DNA of 64,000 nucleotides from Azolla caroliniana (lineage: Eukaryota; Plantae; Polypodiophyta): positions 18,600,001 through 18,664,000 of the forward strand of contig JBHGNT010000003.1 in NCBI GenBank assembly GCA_043228905.1, given 5' to 3'. A program made the translations under genes and the position numbers. The notes beneath the pieces are model-generated. The model did no database searches and was not told the origin of the DNA. It was given only the letters and a program-made list of their open reading frames with translations. Positions 35,803 through 47,292 of the stretch are shown here, in pieces (positions within the stretch are counted from its first letter, which is position 1; each line of letters starts with the position of its first letter).

Positions 35803-37506
35803 GTCCCCATCATGAGGACACTCGGGGTAAAGAAAGCCCTTGCATGTACAAACGAGAAATTCGGACGCTTGATTAGGGAAAAGAACGAGGTCACTCAGTT
35901 CAGCTACAACAACTACATGGCATATTATCATTACACTTTTATGATGAAGGTAGCAATCCTTCGGGAGCCAAAAAGCTTTGCCAAAGCCGCTCGAGATCCA
36001 TGATGGATTGAAACAATTATGAGGAAATGCAAGCACTCGGCAAGAACGAAACTTGGGACCTTGTCCACCACTCACCATACGAGAAAGCAATCAGCTGCAA
36101 ATGGATATACAAAGTGAAATACAATGGAGAACACATAGCCGACATCAATAACATCAAAATGCTCCTCTCCAACAAATTTGAAATGAAGGACATGGAAGAG
36201 CTCCATTACTTCCTCGGCATTTAAGTAATTTAGACTCCTGACATCATTATGATCTCCCAATGGCATTACGTTCTAAATCTACTATTCAAGTTCAGGATGA
36301 CAGAGTGCAAGCTTGTGACAACCCCTCTCGATCAAAACCTAAAACTGGATGCCAACTCCGGCACCACAGAGTGTGAGCCAACACGTTATTGGCAACTTGT
36401 AAGTAGCCTAATATACCTCACTATCACCTAACCCGACCTCAGTTATCCAGTGCTTCCTTAGCCAATCCATGTAGACTCCACGCAATATTAATCTAGATTG
36501 TGCTAAGTGAGTGTTATTATGGATTACAAGATTCTCTACAAGTCGACAATGTCAATTCGACTTAAAGGGTACACAAATGTCGACTGGGCCAGCTACAAAG
36601 CCGTTGGACGATCAACTTCAGGGTTCATCTTTTTCCTTAGCAGTGCACCTATCTCATGGAGCAACAACAACCAACCAACCGTCGCATTATCAAGCACAGA
36701 GGTCGAATACATGGGCACAGTCGTTGTTGCATATGCACTCGTATGGCTCAAGAGAATACTAAAGGATCTGGAGGTCTCCATCAACGATCCAATCTTGCTC
36801 TACTATGATAACCTCAATAGTGGTCATCTTGCTCAGAACCCAATCTTTCATGCTCGAACAAAGCACATTGAGGTGGACTACCACTTCATCCGAGAACATG
36901 CCCTAGTTGGGGATGTCAACCTCCAACACATCAACACAAATCTTCAGACGCCTGACATCTTCACGAAAGCCCTAGGAGCCGACAAGCTTCGGCAGTTCAC
37001 GTCTGATCTTGGTCTTTCAACCTCCGACCTCCCGAGCTTGAGGAGTGAGCCGGAGACACGGAGCTAAAGGAGCCGACACAAAGTCAAGAAGCCAAAAACG
37101 GACGATAGTCAAACACGAAAGCTAAGTGAACCAACCACCTACAAAAGCTGAAAGTCGTGTTAGGATTTCGGTTCCTCTGGATGAGATATGATTACCTAGC
37201 AAGGAAGACCCGGTGAGAACCGGATGACGAGTGCCCTGCAAGGAAGACCCGGTGAGAACCGGATGATGAGTACCCGGCAAGGAAGACCCAGTGAGAACCG
37301 GATGATGCAGGCCTGGTGAGAACCTCTCACCGGATGAAGGGACATATAGGTAAATATGTTTTTGAGAGCCCATTGGGGCTATATTTGTAAATAGTCCTAA
37401 TGTCATATTAGTATAAATATGGCCTAGGGCAAACACTATATGGTGTGTGTTGTCATTATTTGTTGTATAGAATTATTGAGTGTAACTGTTGTACAAAGTG
37501 AAAAGA

Positions 37507-39794
37507 GATAGATAGATAGATAGATTATATTATCGTCTTCGGAGATCAAATATGACCTATGAGACCAAAAATATTACATTTCACGTGATACGTGTGAAAG
37601 TGAGTAGTGACTCTCGATGTTCAAGAACTTTACCAATGAATGTTGCAATCGAGAGTGCACATTGTGGTTGTGAGAGGAATTCATGCAAAGATTGGGCTCG
37701 ATCGAAGAGATGTGGAAAGCATGGTCGAATATGGTCAAAGGCAGAGCATTGTATCAAAGTGTGATACTCAGACTCGCGAACTTGTTTAGGGCAAAGTGTG
37801 CATAGCCGACCACTCTCATCACTTGTACCCCAACGCCCTGTTTCACATCGCAATGCATGTGAGCTAAGTCGCATGGAAGCAATGGTTCGAATGGCAGATA
37901 ACGGTATGGGCTCTAACATGTATGGATGTGTACGATTTCCCCGTTCCGCAAAGAATATGGTTTTGTAGTTAGGTGCAACATGTGTAGTATAATGTGTGAA
38001 GCGTGAGCCTCCACATTTGTCCCATGTCATGATACATTGGCGTTGCAAAAATGCCTCATTTACAGAGGAATCTAATGATGCATCATGAAGCAAGTGTCTC
38101 GCATCCCATCTACCAAACCATTTTTCTATATCTTGCATCCAACCGGAACACAAAATTTTGCTTTTATGCGTCTTTTGGATCTTTTTGCTTGCTTCCCACG
38201 CAATTCTAGGAAGTCGATGTGAGGGACTTTTTTGAACCTTAAGCATGTATTCAACAACCCTTTCCATGGCCATGATCTCAATGGGAAGCGATCCCGTCTC
38301 AAGGAGGAGGAGGGTGTAGGGCGTTTGTTTCTTAACTTGTAGAAACTTGGTAAGAAAATGCTTTTGGACATTTTCAAACTCTTTCCACATAGACTTAGGG
38401 ATGCTACCGCCCCATACTTCCACCCCATAGAGAAGAACTGGTGTCACCAAAGTGTCAAAAAGATATTTCTTGAGGACCCAACACTTAATATCTCCAAGAT
38501 TGCATGTGTTCTCAAATGCATAGTATGCTCGTTTGCCCGCCTCTAAGCGGCGTGTAGCACATTCATTCCATCTATGATTTGAAGGAACTTCAAGGCCAAG
38601 ATATTTGAAGCTTTCCACACATTCAAGTGGCTCATTGTTGTACATAATGCATGGTTTATCTCTTTTTTGGCTCTTCACAAGCATAATCTTTGTTTTAGAG
38701 CTATTGACACTTAATTTAGTATGCATGCAAAATTTTTCCAATGCCTTCATAAGCTTTTGTGCATCTCCTAAAGTATTTGCAAAAAGCACTACGTCATCTG
38801 CATATAGCAAAAGCATAATCACAACATTCCCAATGGCAACTTCTTCAACACATTCTTCCTTTGCAAACTTGGTAACCATTTCTTCCAATTCATCAATGCA
38901 TAGACCAAATAGTGTTGGTGAGAGTGGGCATCCTTGCTTAACACCAATAGTGCTTTTGAAAAAATCGGAAAGTTTATCTCTCATGCGCACACAACATATA
39001 ACCTTCTCATAAATTCGGGAAATTGCAAGCATATATTCACTTGGCACCTCAAGTTCTTCCATTCGCCTCCAAAGATGCTCACGAGGTACCATATCAAAAG
39101 CTTTCTTGAAGTCTACAAAGCAACAATATAAACCTTTACCTCTAAGGCGACTTTCCTCCATTAATACTCGAAGGGTGATAAGGTGATCAATGGTGCTATG
39201 GTGTTTCCGAAAGCCAGCTTGTCCATAAGCTCTCTTACCACTTTTTTCAGCCCATACACTTATCTTTGATTCCATTATACATCCAAATAGTTTTGCCATT
39301 AATGAGCCAACCATGATGGTTCGATAGTTGTTTACATTATTTATATCTCCACCTTTATGTAAAGGTTTGATCCAATTTGTAGTCCAATCGTACGGCATAC
39401 CATGTTGCAATGCATCATTAAACATATCGCTTATCCATATATGTGCTTCCTTTCCCGTCCATTTGAGCATTTCAGCCTTTATACATTGAAGATCGCTTGC
39501 CTTTCGAGAGGCCAATTTCTTAAGTCCTATGCATATATCTTCAATTGTAAAGAAGGAAGGCATATGTGAAAGAGAACCATAACACATCATCTTTCCGGCA
39601 AGAGATAACTCATATAAATTCTTACAATGCATAGACAAGTCGTGAAGAGTTAAGTCACCATAACTCTCAACACGTTTTCCCTTTAGATTTCCCCAAAATT
39701 TAGCACATGCATGTGCTTTCTCTTGCGTTTGGATAAATTGTTGAGTAACTTCCCATATTCTTCTCTTTCTTTGAATAAGCCTTTTATACTCATG
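37507..39794 (-). mobile_element. 5'-truncated non-LTR retrotransposon (LINE, RTEX-like) with (TCTA)n tail
   Basis: RT motifs NYRTI, QAGFR, FVDFKKAFD, GVKQGCPLSP, LLYADD, FKYLG; C-terminal LRCETGRW..CTLC..EYHTLIQC; short 3' UTR, then (GATA)n on the plus strand; flanked by CAAAGTGA(A/G)A-like duplication at the LTR (GA)n tract. Confidence 0.9.
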
Positions 39795-39797
39795 CAA
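37581..39797 (-). CDS. LINE ORF2 C-terminal part: reverse transcriptase plus CCHC zinc motif (no endonuclease)
   Basis: Uninterrupted 738-aa ORF carrying the canonical non-LTR RT motifs listed above. Confidence 0.9.
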   Translation of the reverse strand: MHEYKRLIQRKRRIWEVTQQFIQTQEKAHACAKFWGNLKGKRVESYGDLTLHDLSMHCKNLYELSLAGKMMCYGSLSHMPSFFTIEDICIGLKKLASRKASDLQCIKAEMLKWTGKEAHIWISDMFNDALQHGMPYDWTTNWIKPLHKGGDINNVNNYRTIMVGSLMAKLFGCIMESKISVWAEKSGKRAYGQAGFRKHHSTIDHLITLRVLMEESRLRGKGLYCCFVDFKKAFDMVPREHLWRRMEELEVPSEYMLAISRIYEKVICCVRMRDKLSDFFKSTIGVKQGCPLSPTLFGLCIDELEEMVTKFAKEECVEEVAIGNVVIMLLLYADDVVLFANTLGDAQKLMKALEKFCMHTKLSVNSSKTKIMLVKSQKRDKPCIMYNNEPLECVESFKYLGLEVPSNHRWNECATRRLEAGKRAYYAFENTCNLGDIKCWVLKKYLFDTLVTPVLLYGVEVWGGSIPKSMWKEFENVQKHFLTKFLQVKKQTPYTLLLLETGSLPIEIMAMERVVEYMLKVQKSPSHRLPRIAWEASKKIQKTHKSKILCSGWMQDIEKWFGRWDARHLLHDASLDSSVNEAFLQRQCIMTWDKCGGSRFTHYTTHVAPNYKTIFFAERGNRTHPYMLEPIPLSAIRTIASMRLSSHALRCETGRWGTSDESGRLCTLCPKQVRESEYHTLIQCSAFDHIRPCFPHLFDRAQSLHEFLSQPQCALSIATFIGKVLEHRESLLTFTRIT

Positions 39798-41010
39798 AGT
39801 GAGAGAGAGAGAGAGAGATACAAAGTGAGTCTCTGTTGTAACTACTACCAGGCAAAGATTGTGAGCAAGAGGTTGTTGCCTCTATGTTCACCTATTGTAT
39901 TCCTCTCGACATAGTGATAGTTGGAGTTTGTGGACTCCCGTGGTTTTTCCCATTTAGGGTTTTCCACGTAAACATATTGTGTACCCTCTCTCATATTGTC
40001 TATGTGTACGTGTATTCACGTCCATTCCCATTCTCCGTGTTCGATTCGAAATGACACAATCTAAGACTCGATTGTGGCCGAGTAATATTCCGCATATTTC
40101 GTGTCAATTTGGTATCAGAGCGAAACGACACAGAAAATGGAAGATTCATTGGGAGGCATGTTCAAGCTCACCGGCTCCAACTACTCAGTGTGGAAGTCGA
40201 AGATGAGGGACATGCTCGTGGTTAAAGATCTTTGGTTGCCGGTTAAGTTCGGGGACAAGAGACCGGATAAAATCGACGCCACGTTGTGGGAGGTAATGCA
40301 CATGAAGACAATGGCATACATCTGATGTTTCATCGACATGAGCCTGTACAACAATTTTAATGAGGAGAGTAAGGCTCATGAGCTTTGGGAGAAGATCAGC
40401 ATTATGTTCCAGAACAAAAATGTCGTTAACCGGGTTTCAGTATTCCAAAAGTTAGTGAGGCTCCGGTACCAAGATGGCTCCAGCATGGCGGAGCACATGA
40501 ATGCTTTCCAGGGGTTGATAAACCAAGCCACGTCACTGGAAGTACCTCTTGCCGATGAGGTACTAGCACTTTGGGCAACGCCGGGCCAGAAGGAAAACAG
40601 GTATCCCTAGCAAGAGTCAAGTCGAGCTTCCTAGATGAGGAGGTGTGTGGGAAAGACAAGGAGGTGATCTCCGACACCAAAGCCCTCCTTACCGAATCGG
40701 AATGCGGAAGACAAAGGAATCAGAGTCCCCAAAACCAAGAAAAGTCGGGGACACGGTCAAAGTCAAGGGGGAGGCCCACTTGCTTCTATTGCGGCAAGCC
40801 GGGGCACTTCCAGAAGAACTGTCGGCATTTCCGGAAAGACAAGGAAACTGATAGTACTGATTCGAAGCGGTCACCGGACCGGAACGGTAAAGACCAGAGG
40901 GGACCGGACCGGAAGGGAACGACGGCAATCGCGGCAAGTGAAGAAGAGTTTATGCTCATCACCGAGGAGAGTGAGTTCTACCTTGCCGGCGACGAGACAA
41001 CGTGGGTTGT

Positions 41011-44000
41011 TGTTGAGCGGCAAGCTCAACCGGAGCCGGATCGGCTGAATAAGCTTGAGCCGGTAATCGAGATGAATCGGTATGCCGGTGAGCAACCGAG
41101 CCGGTAAGCAGTAAGGACCGGTGAGCTGGGGAGCCGGTATGCCGGATCCAATCCGTAACCGGAAGCCTAGTATTGGTTAGACTACTAGGCAGTTATAGTC
41201 TCATAGTTAGTGTCAGATGCTCGTGTGAGCATTGAAGTACACCGTACTTCTAACAGTCTCGTGTGGACTTGTATAAATAGCGCTGATGAGCGCGTTGTAG
41301 ATATAGAGAGCACAGAGTATTCATATAATTTTGAAGAATAGTGTGTCTTGCTCTCTCTCTCTCTATCTCTATCTCTATCTCTCCCGCGTACTCTCTCTCT
41401 CTTTGTGTATTGTTCTTTCTAACACTTCCGCAAGCAATCTTTTACATGGTATCAGAGCGCGTGGGTTGAGAACCTCTGCTGCAGACATCTACGCTTGTGA
41501 AGGAAACCCTAACAGATCGGAAAACATACACAAAAGGAGAAATGGACAGAGGTATGGCTACGTCGCTCCCGGTGGAGAAGCTCAACAGAACCAACTACGC
41601 GTCTTGGTCATACAAGATGCACCAGTACCTGCTTGCACATGGCTACTGGAGTTATGTCGACGGAGTGAACGACTCAGCACCGGAGACGACACACAAGGAC
41701 TTCCCAGTGTGGGAACAGGCGGTAAGCAGGGTGATGTATTGCTTCGCGTCGAGTGTCGGTGACTAGCTGCTCAGCCATATCCATGACGCCAAGACACCGA
41801 AGGATGCTTGGGGAAACTTGAAAAAGGTCTTCGCCGCAAGCACCACTGCCCAGAAGTTGCAACTCAGATAGGAGTTGAGCAATGTTCGACTGAAGAACAT
41901 GTCGGTGGCAGATTATACAAACCGGATCAAAGGGATCCGTGACTCGTTTGCCTCTATTAACGTCATCGTAGAGGAAGACGAGATGGTGCAGGTCTGTCTT
42001 GGAGGCCTGGTGTCCAAGTTCGGAGCTTTCCAGACTACGGTTTGTACAAGGGAGAATACGCCCTCCTTTTTCGACTTACAATCGATGCTCCTTGTAGAGG
42101 AGAACCACGTCGGTGCATCTACCAGTGCATCCCCAGACATTCGGATGTTGTACACGGGAGCGAATCGGTCCCGCGGGCGTGGTGGACGAGGCAGGTCGGC
42201 ACGCAATGGAGGCGGCCGGCAAGAGCAGGAACGAAGGCACAGTGAGCGTGCCGACAGTAGTTCCGAGACTTCCACAAGCAGGGGGAGTCTAGGTGGTGTC
42301 GGAGGCCGGCAAGACAAATCCGCTACGGAATGCTGGTATTGTGGCAAAAAGGGCCATAGGGAAAGCGAGTGCTGGAGAAAGCGTGCCGATTCGGACAAAT
42401 CCGGATCCGGCAAGACCGGTAAGGAAGGCTGGCAAAGCTTGCACTACGCAAACGGATCGGGAGGATCCAAGAACAGTAAGGGGCCAGCCTTGGTGATGAA
42501 GCACAAGGCAAACTCAATGAAGAAGACCAATTCCAAATCGGAGGAAGTGTGGTACGTTGACTCCGGCGCATCGAACCACATGACGAGCCACGAGGAGTGG
42601 TTCTCCTTTTTGGAGAAGCCGGATCAACCGGGAGTTGTCGAAACCGGAGACGACACTCCCCACCCGATCGTGCACGTCGGAGAAGTCCCTTTGAGCCACG
42701 TCGGACAGAGGGGGAAGCTGATGAATGTATTACATGTTCCGACGATCACGAAGAACCTGGTGTCGGTTGGACAGATCGTCGACCAGGGGATGCAGGTGCG
42801 GTTTACACACCTCGGGTGCTTCATTGAGGATGAGGGCGAAGTTATTGCGCAAGGGCGCAGAGATGGGAGGATGTTTATCCTCAACACCAATGACGTCGGC
42901 ACCGCACTGTTCGCCAAAGGACAGAAGGTCAAGTCGGATATTGACCTGTGGCACAAGCAGATCGGCCACGCCAACTATCGGAGGCTTCAAGACCTAGAAA
43001 CGGAAGAAGTCGTTTTCGGTTTGCCAAAGTTTAGCGGCCGGAGAGCCCAGATTTGTGAAGCCTGCCAACTCGGAAAGCAACACCGGCTTCCATTCCCCAC
43101 CGAAAGAAATCGAAGCCATAACAAGCTCGATCTTATCCATTCAGATGTGTGGGGACCGGCACAAAATGTTAGCATTGGCGGGAGTCGATATTTCGTCTCC
43201 TTCATCGACGACTACACACGGCATACGTGGATCTACCTCATTGAGCGGAAGAGCGAAGTCTTCGAGTGTTTCCGGAGCCTCCAAAAGATGGTGGAACGGG
43301 AATCGGAGAGGAAGATCAAATGCCTACGGTCGGATGGCGGAAAAGAGTACTTTTCCGGCCAATTCAACAGCTATCTGCAACAAAAAGGAATTCGGCGAGA
43401 ATTCAGCTGCAGATACACACCGCAATATAACGGTGTTGCTGAGAGGAAGAATCAGTCACTGATTGACGCGGCTAGGGCAATGCTGGAGGAAAAGGGCATG
43501 CCCAAGTTCTACTGGGCAGAGGCGGTCCAAACGGCCATTTACATCCAGAACCGGATCGGGACAAGGTGTCAGCTCACGAGCTGTATTTCGGGCGCAAGCC
43601 GAATTTGAGACACCTCTGGATATTCAGCAACATAGCCTATGTACATGTGCCGGATGAGAAGCGGAGAAAGCTGGATGCAAAATCGGAAAAATGCATCCTA
43701 GTCGGCTATGCTCAAGAGCAAACGGGGTATAAGTGTTATAACCCCCGGACGAAGCAGGTCCGAGTCAGCCGAGATGTCGAGTTTGATGAATCGGCATCGT
43801 GGTATTCCTTACCGAGTCCGACTTCCGATCCCGACCCGATGTCGAAGGATGGGGCTAGTGAGCCCGAACCGGCCCAGGTAGAGAAAGATGAAGCCGGGAC
43901 TCAAGATGAGAGTCTGGAATCGTTCCGGTTAAGCGGACCGAATGAGAGACCGGATCAGTCCAACCAGTCGGATGATGAGACGGCGAGTAATGGAGACTCT

Positions 44001-47000
44001 GTCGTGCTCTCCCTGCACAAGGAACCGAGGAGACGGTTCACACGCAAAGAGAACTTGGGAAGCAGAAGATGCCAGAATTCGAGACCGGCAATGATGAGTC
44101 GGATCGGTGCGTATCTGACTTCGGTAAGGACATAGGCAAATCTTCGGGAACAAAGACCGAACCGGCCAAGAAGGGTCTCATACCAGGTAACGGTGAGTTA
44201 CGTCGGTCCACCCGCCAGAAGGATCCCGTTAAACGGTACGGGTATAACGAGTACATGGCGCATCATTATGCATACATGACCAAGGTCGCAGAAGTGCGTG
44301 AGCCGGAGAGCTACGCAGAAGCGGCAAAGGACGCAAATTGGCGTGCCGCTATGGAGGAAGAAATGCGGGCACTGGATGCCAATGGAACATGGGACCTCGT
44401 TGACCCTCCCCGTCACTATAAACCGATCGGATGCAAGTGGGTGTACAAGATAAAGTACAATGTCGACGGTACAATTAACCGGTACAAGGCCCAGTTAGTG
44501 GCGAAGGGATATGCGCAGACCCACGGAATCGACTACGACGAGACCTTCGCTCCTGTAGCAAAGATGACGACGGTTTGTGTGGTATTGGCGGTTGCTGCGG
44601 CAAGGGGGTGGCATCTTCATCAGATGGATGTGAAGAATGCCTTCCTTCAAGGAGATCTTGAAGAAGAAGTCTTTATGACTCAGCCCCCCGGATTTCAGTC
44701 GGAGGTGAACAAGTCGGCGGTATGCCGGCTGAGGAAGTCGTTGTACGGCTTGAAGCAAGCCCCCCGTGCTTGGAATGCTAAGATCACACACCGGTTGCGA
44801 AAGATGGGGTTTGTTGCCTCTAAGTCGGACTCTTCCATGTTCATCCGTCAAGGTTCAAACGGTCCGATGTGTATCTTACTCTATGTTGATGATTTAGTCA
44901 TCACCAGCCCGGGTCTTTCGGAAATCAACCGCGTCAAGTCCCAGTTGTCGGACGCATTCGATATGAAGGACTTGGGGGACCTTCATTATTTTTTGGGGAT
45001 CGAGGTGATCCGCACCCCCGACGGCATATTGCTTTCTCAACGCCATTATGCGTTGAATATACTGTACAAGTTCGGCATGACGGAATGTTGACCTGTCTCC
45101 ACACCCCTGGACCGGAATCAGAAGATCCGTCCCAACTCCGAACCAGCCTGCGATGAGAAACGGTTCCGACAAATAGTCGGAAGTCTGATCTACTTGACCA
45201 TCACCAGACCCGACATTAGCTATCCAGTCGGAGTGGTAAGTCAATTCATGCAAAAGCCAACCGTGGAGCACCTTCAGTGCGCGCAACGAATAATGAGGTA
45301 TGTAAGCGGCACTAAGGACCGGGGGCTCTTATACCGGCAAGGTATAACCGAAGAGCTTGTCGGCTACACGGATGCCAAATGGGCTGGCTATGCAACGGAT
45401 CATCGCTCAACTTCCGGCTTTATGTTTTCTCTTGGGAGCGCGGTTGTTGCGTGGAGCAGCAAAAAGCAGCCAACAGTGGCTCTATCCAACACTGAGGCTA
45501 AATACCGGGGCGCGACCGTTGCCACCTGCGAAGCCATTTGGCTTCGGTGACTACTGCAAGACCTGCGGATCGAGGTACCGACCCCGATCCTGATCTACTG
45601 CGATAACCTCAGCAGCATGCAGCTTGCCAAGAACCCTGTGTTCCATGCTCACACAAAGCACATAGAAGTGCATTATCACTTCGTGCGTGAGCGGGTCCTG
45701 AGCGGTGAAGTTGAACTATGGTATGTTCACACGGATCGGCAAGTTGCCGACATCTTCACCAAGCCGCTCGGGTCAGACAAGTTGCAGCACTTACCGAAAT
45801 GTTTGGTGTTCAGCATCTTGACGTGCCGCACTTGAGGGGGAGATGCAAGGGCAAAGACACTACCGAGACGGGCAAAGGCAAAAAAACTGTTGAACCCGTA
45901 GGTAAGAGAAGAACCGGTAGAGGTGGAGACAAGAAGAAAAATGAAGCCGAGTTGATGAAGGAAGTCGGCACATCCGAACAGGTCAGAGTGAGCGGCTGTG
46001 AAGAAGAAGTGTACACTCAGGAAGAGAAGTGCATGCTATGCAGAGGTCATCACGATCGTAATGGCCATGATGCGGAGTCGAATGAAGAATTCGACTTCGG
46101 TGAACCGGCTGAAGAGGCCAAGGAGACACGGACGCAGCGGAAGTCGATGCCATCGCGGAGGAACCGACGGATCGGCAAGCACCGCAATCATAGTAGCGAA
46201 GGAGCTGAGATGGGCCTATTGAGCAGACATGCCGAAGGTCGAGGCCCACAGAACCAAAGGGGTCGCGGCAAACGGGACCGGACCGGACAAGGAGCGCGAG
46301 CAAAGCGAAGCGACGCCAAGAGAAGTCGGTTGGAAGAATCGGTTGCCACATAGGTTGACACTACGACCCTACCTCAGGTTGAGCTTGAGGGGGAGTGTTG
46401 AGAGGCAAGCTCAACCGGAGCCGAATCGGTTGAATAAGCCTGAGCCGGTAAGCGAGATGAATCGGTATGCCGGTGAGCAACCGAGTCGGTAAGCAGTAAG
46501 GACCGGTGAGCTGGGGTGTTACGGGCATGACCATATAATATCCCGTGGTAAGAATTTACCGTAGTATTCTATACACGTGGATAAGTGTGAGGGTTAAACG
46601 AGAGTGTAAAGAAGGGGAGGATTACTTTTAATCCTCGGGATTGAGACAACCCATTAGGTCAAGTGTGAACTTGCCTGGGGGCCTTGGGTATCGCTATAAA
46701 TAAGTGGGCCTAGCTACCCTCATTTGATCATCATTTGACTACATCGAGACTCTGCTCGTGTGGTGGGTCAACTCTTGTAGCGAGCGCGCCAGCACCAGGT
46801 ACGACTCGACGCCACGGCGGTGGTATGGGACGCCGATCGAGGCTCGAGTCCGTCTCGATCCCTTCGCTCGGGGGTGGTCGGGTGGATCGGCACCCTTCTT
46901 TCTCTTTCTCCTTTCTATCTATCTTTTCTTTATCCTTATCTTAAGCTTACGTTAGTACCAAGATCTATAATATGGGGAGCCGGTATGCCGGATCCAATCT

Positions 47001-47195
47001 GTAACCGGAAGCCTAGTATTGGTTAGACTACTAGGCAGTTATAGTCTCGTAGTTAGTGTCAGATGCTCGTGTGAGCATTGAAGTACACCGTACTTCTAAC
47101 AGTCCCGAGTGGACTTGTATAAATAGCGCTGATGAGTGCGTTGTAGATATAGAGAGCACAGAGTATTCATATAATTTTGAAGAATAGTGTGTCCT

Positions 47196-47231
<36 letters not shown>

Positions 47232-47292
47232 GCGTACTCTCTCTCTCTTTGTGTATTGTTCTTTCTAACGCTTCCGCAAGCAATCTCTTACA
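41011..47292 (+). mobile_element. Copia family B element B2, full length, inserted in the A2 protease
   Basis: LTRs 41011-41446 and 46396-47292; PBS 41447-41458; perfect TSD GTTGT (41006-41010, 47293-47297) splitting WVV|DSG; gag-PR-INT 41540-43608; RT-RH 44069-45835. Confidence 0.96.
46517..46972 (+). mobile_element. Solo LTR (456 bp) of another family inside the B2 3' LTR
   Basis: Starts TGTTAC and ends ATAATA (decayed GTAACA); TATA CTATAAATAAG ~46695; TSD TGGGG (46512-46516, 46973-46977); absent from the 5' LTR. Confidence 0.85.
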
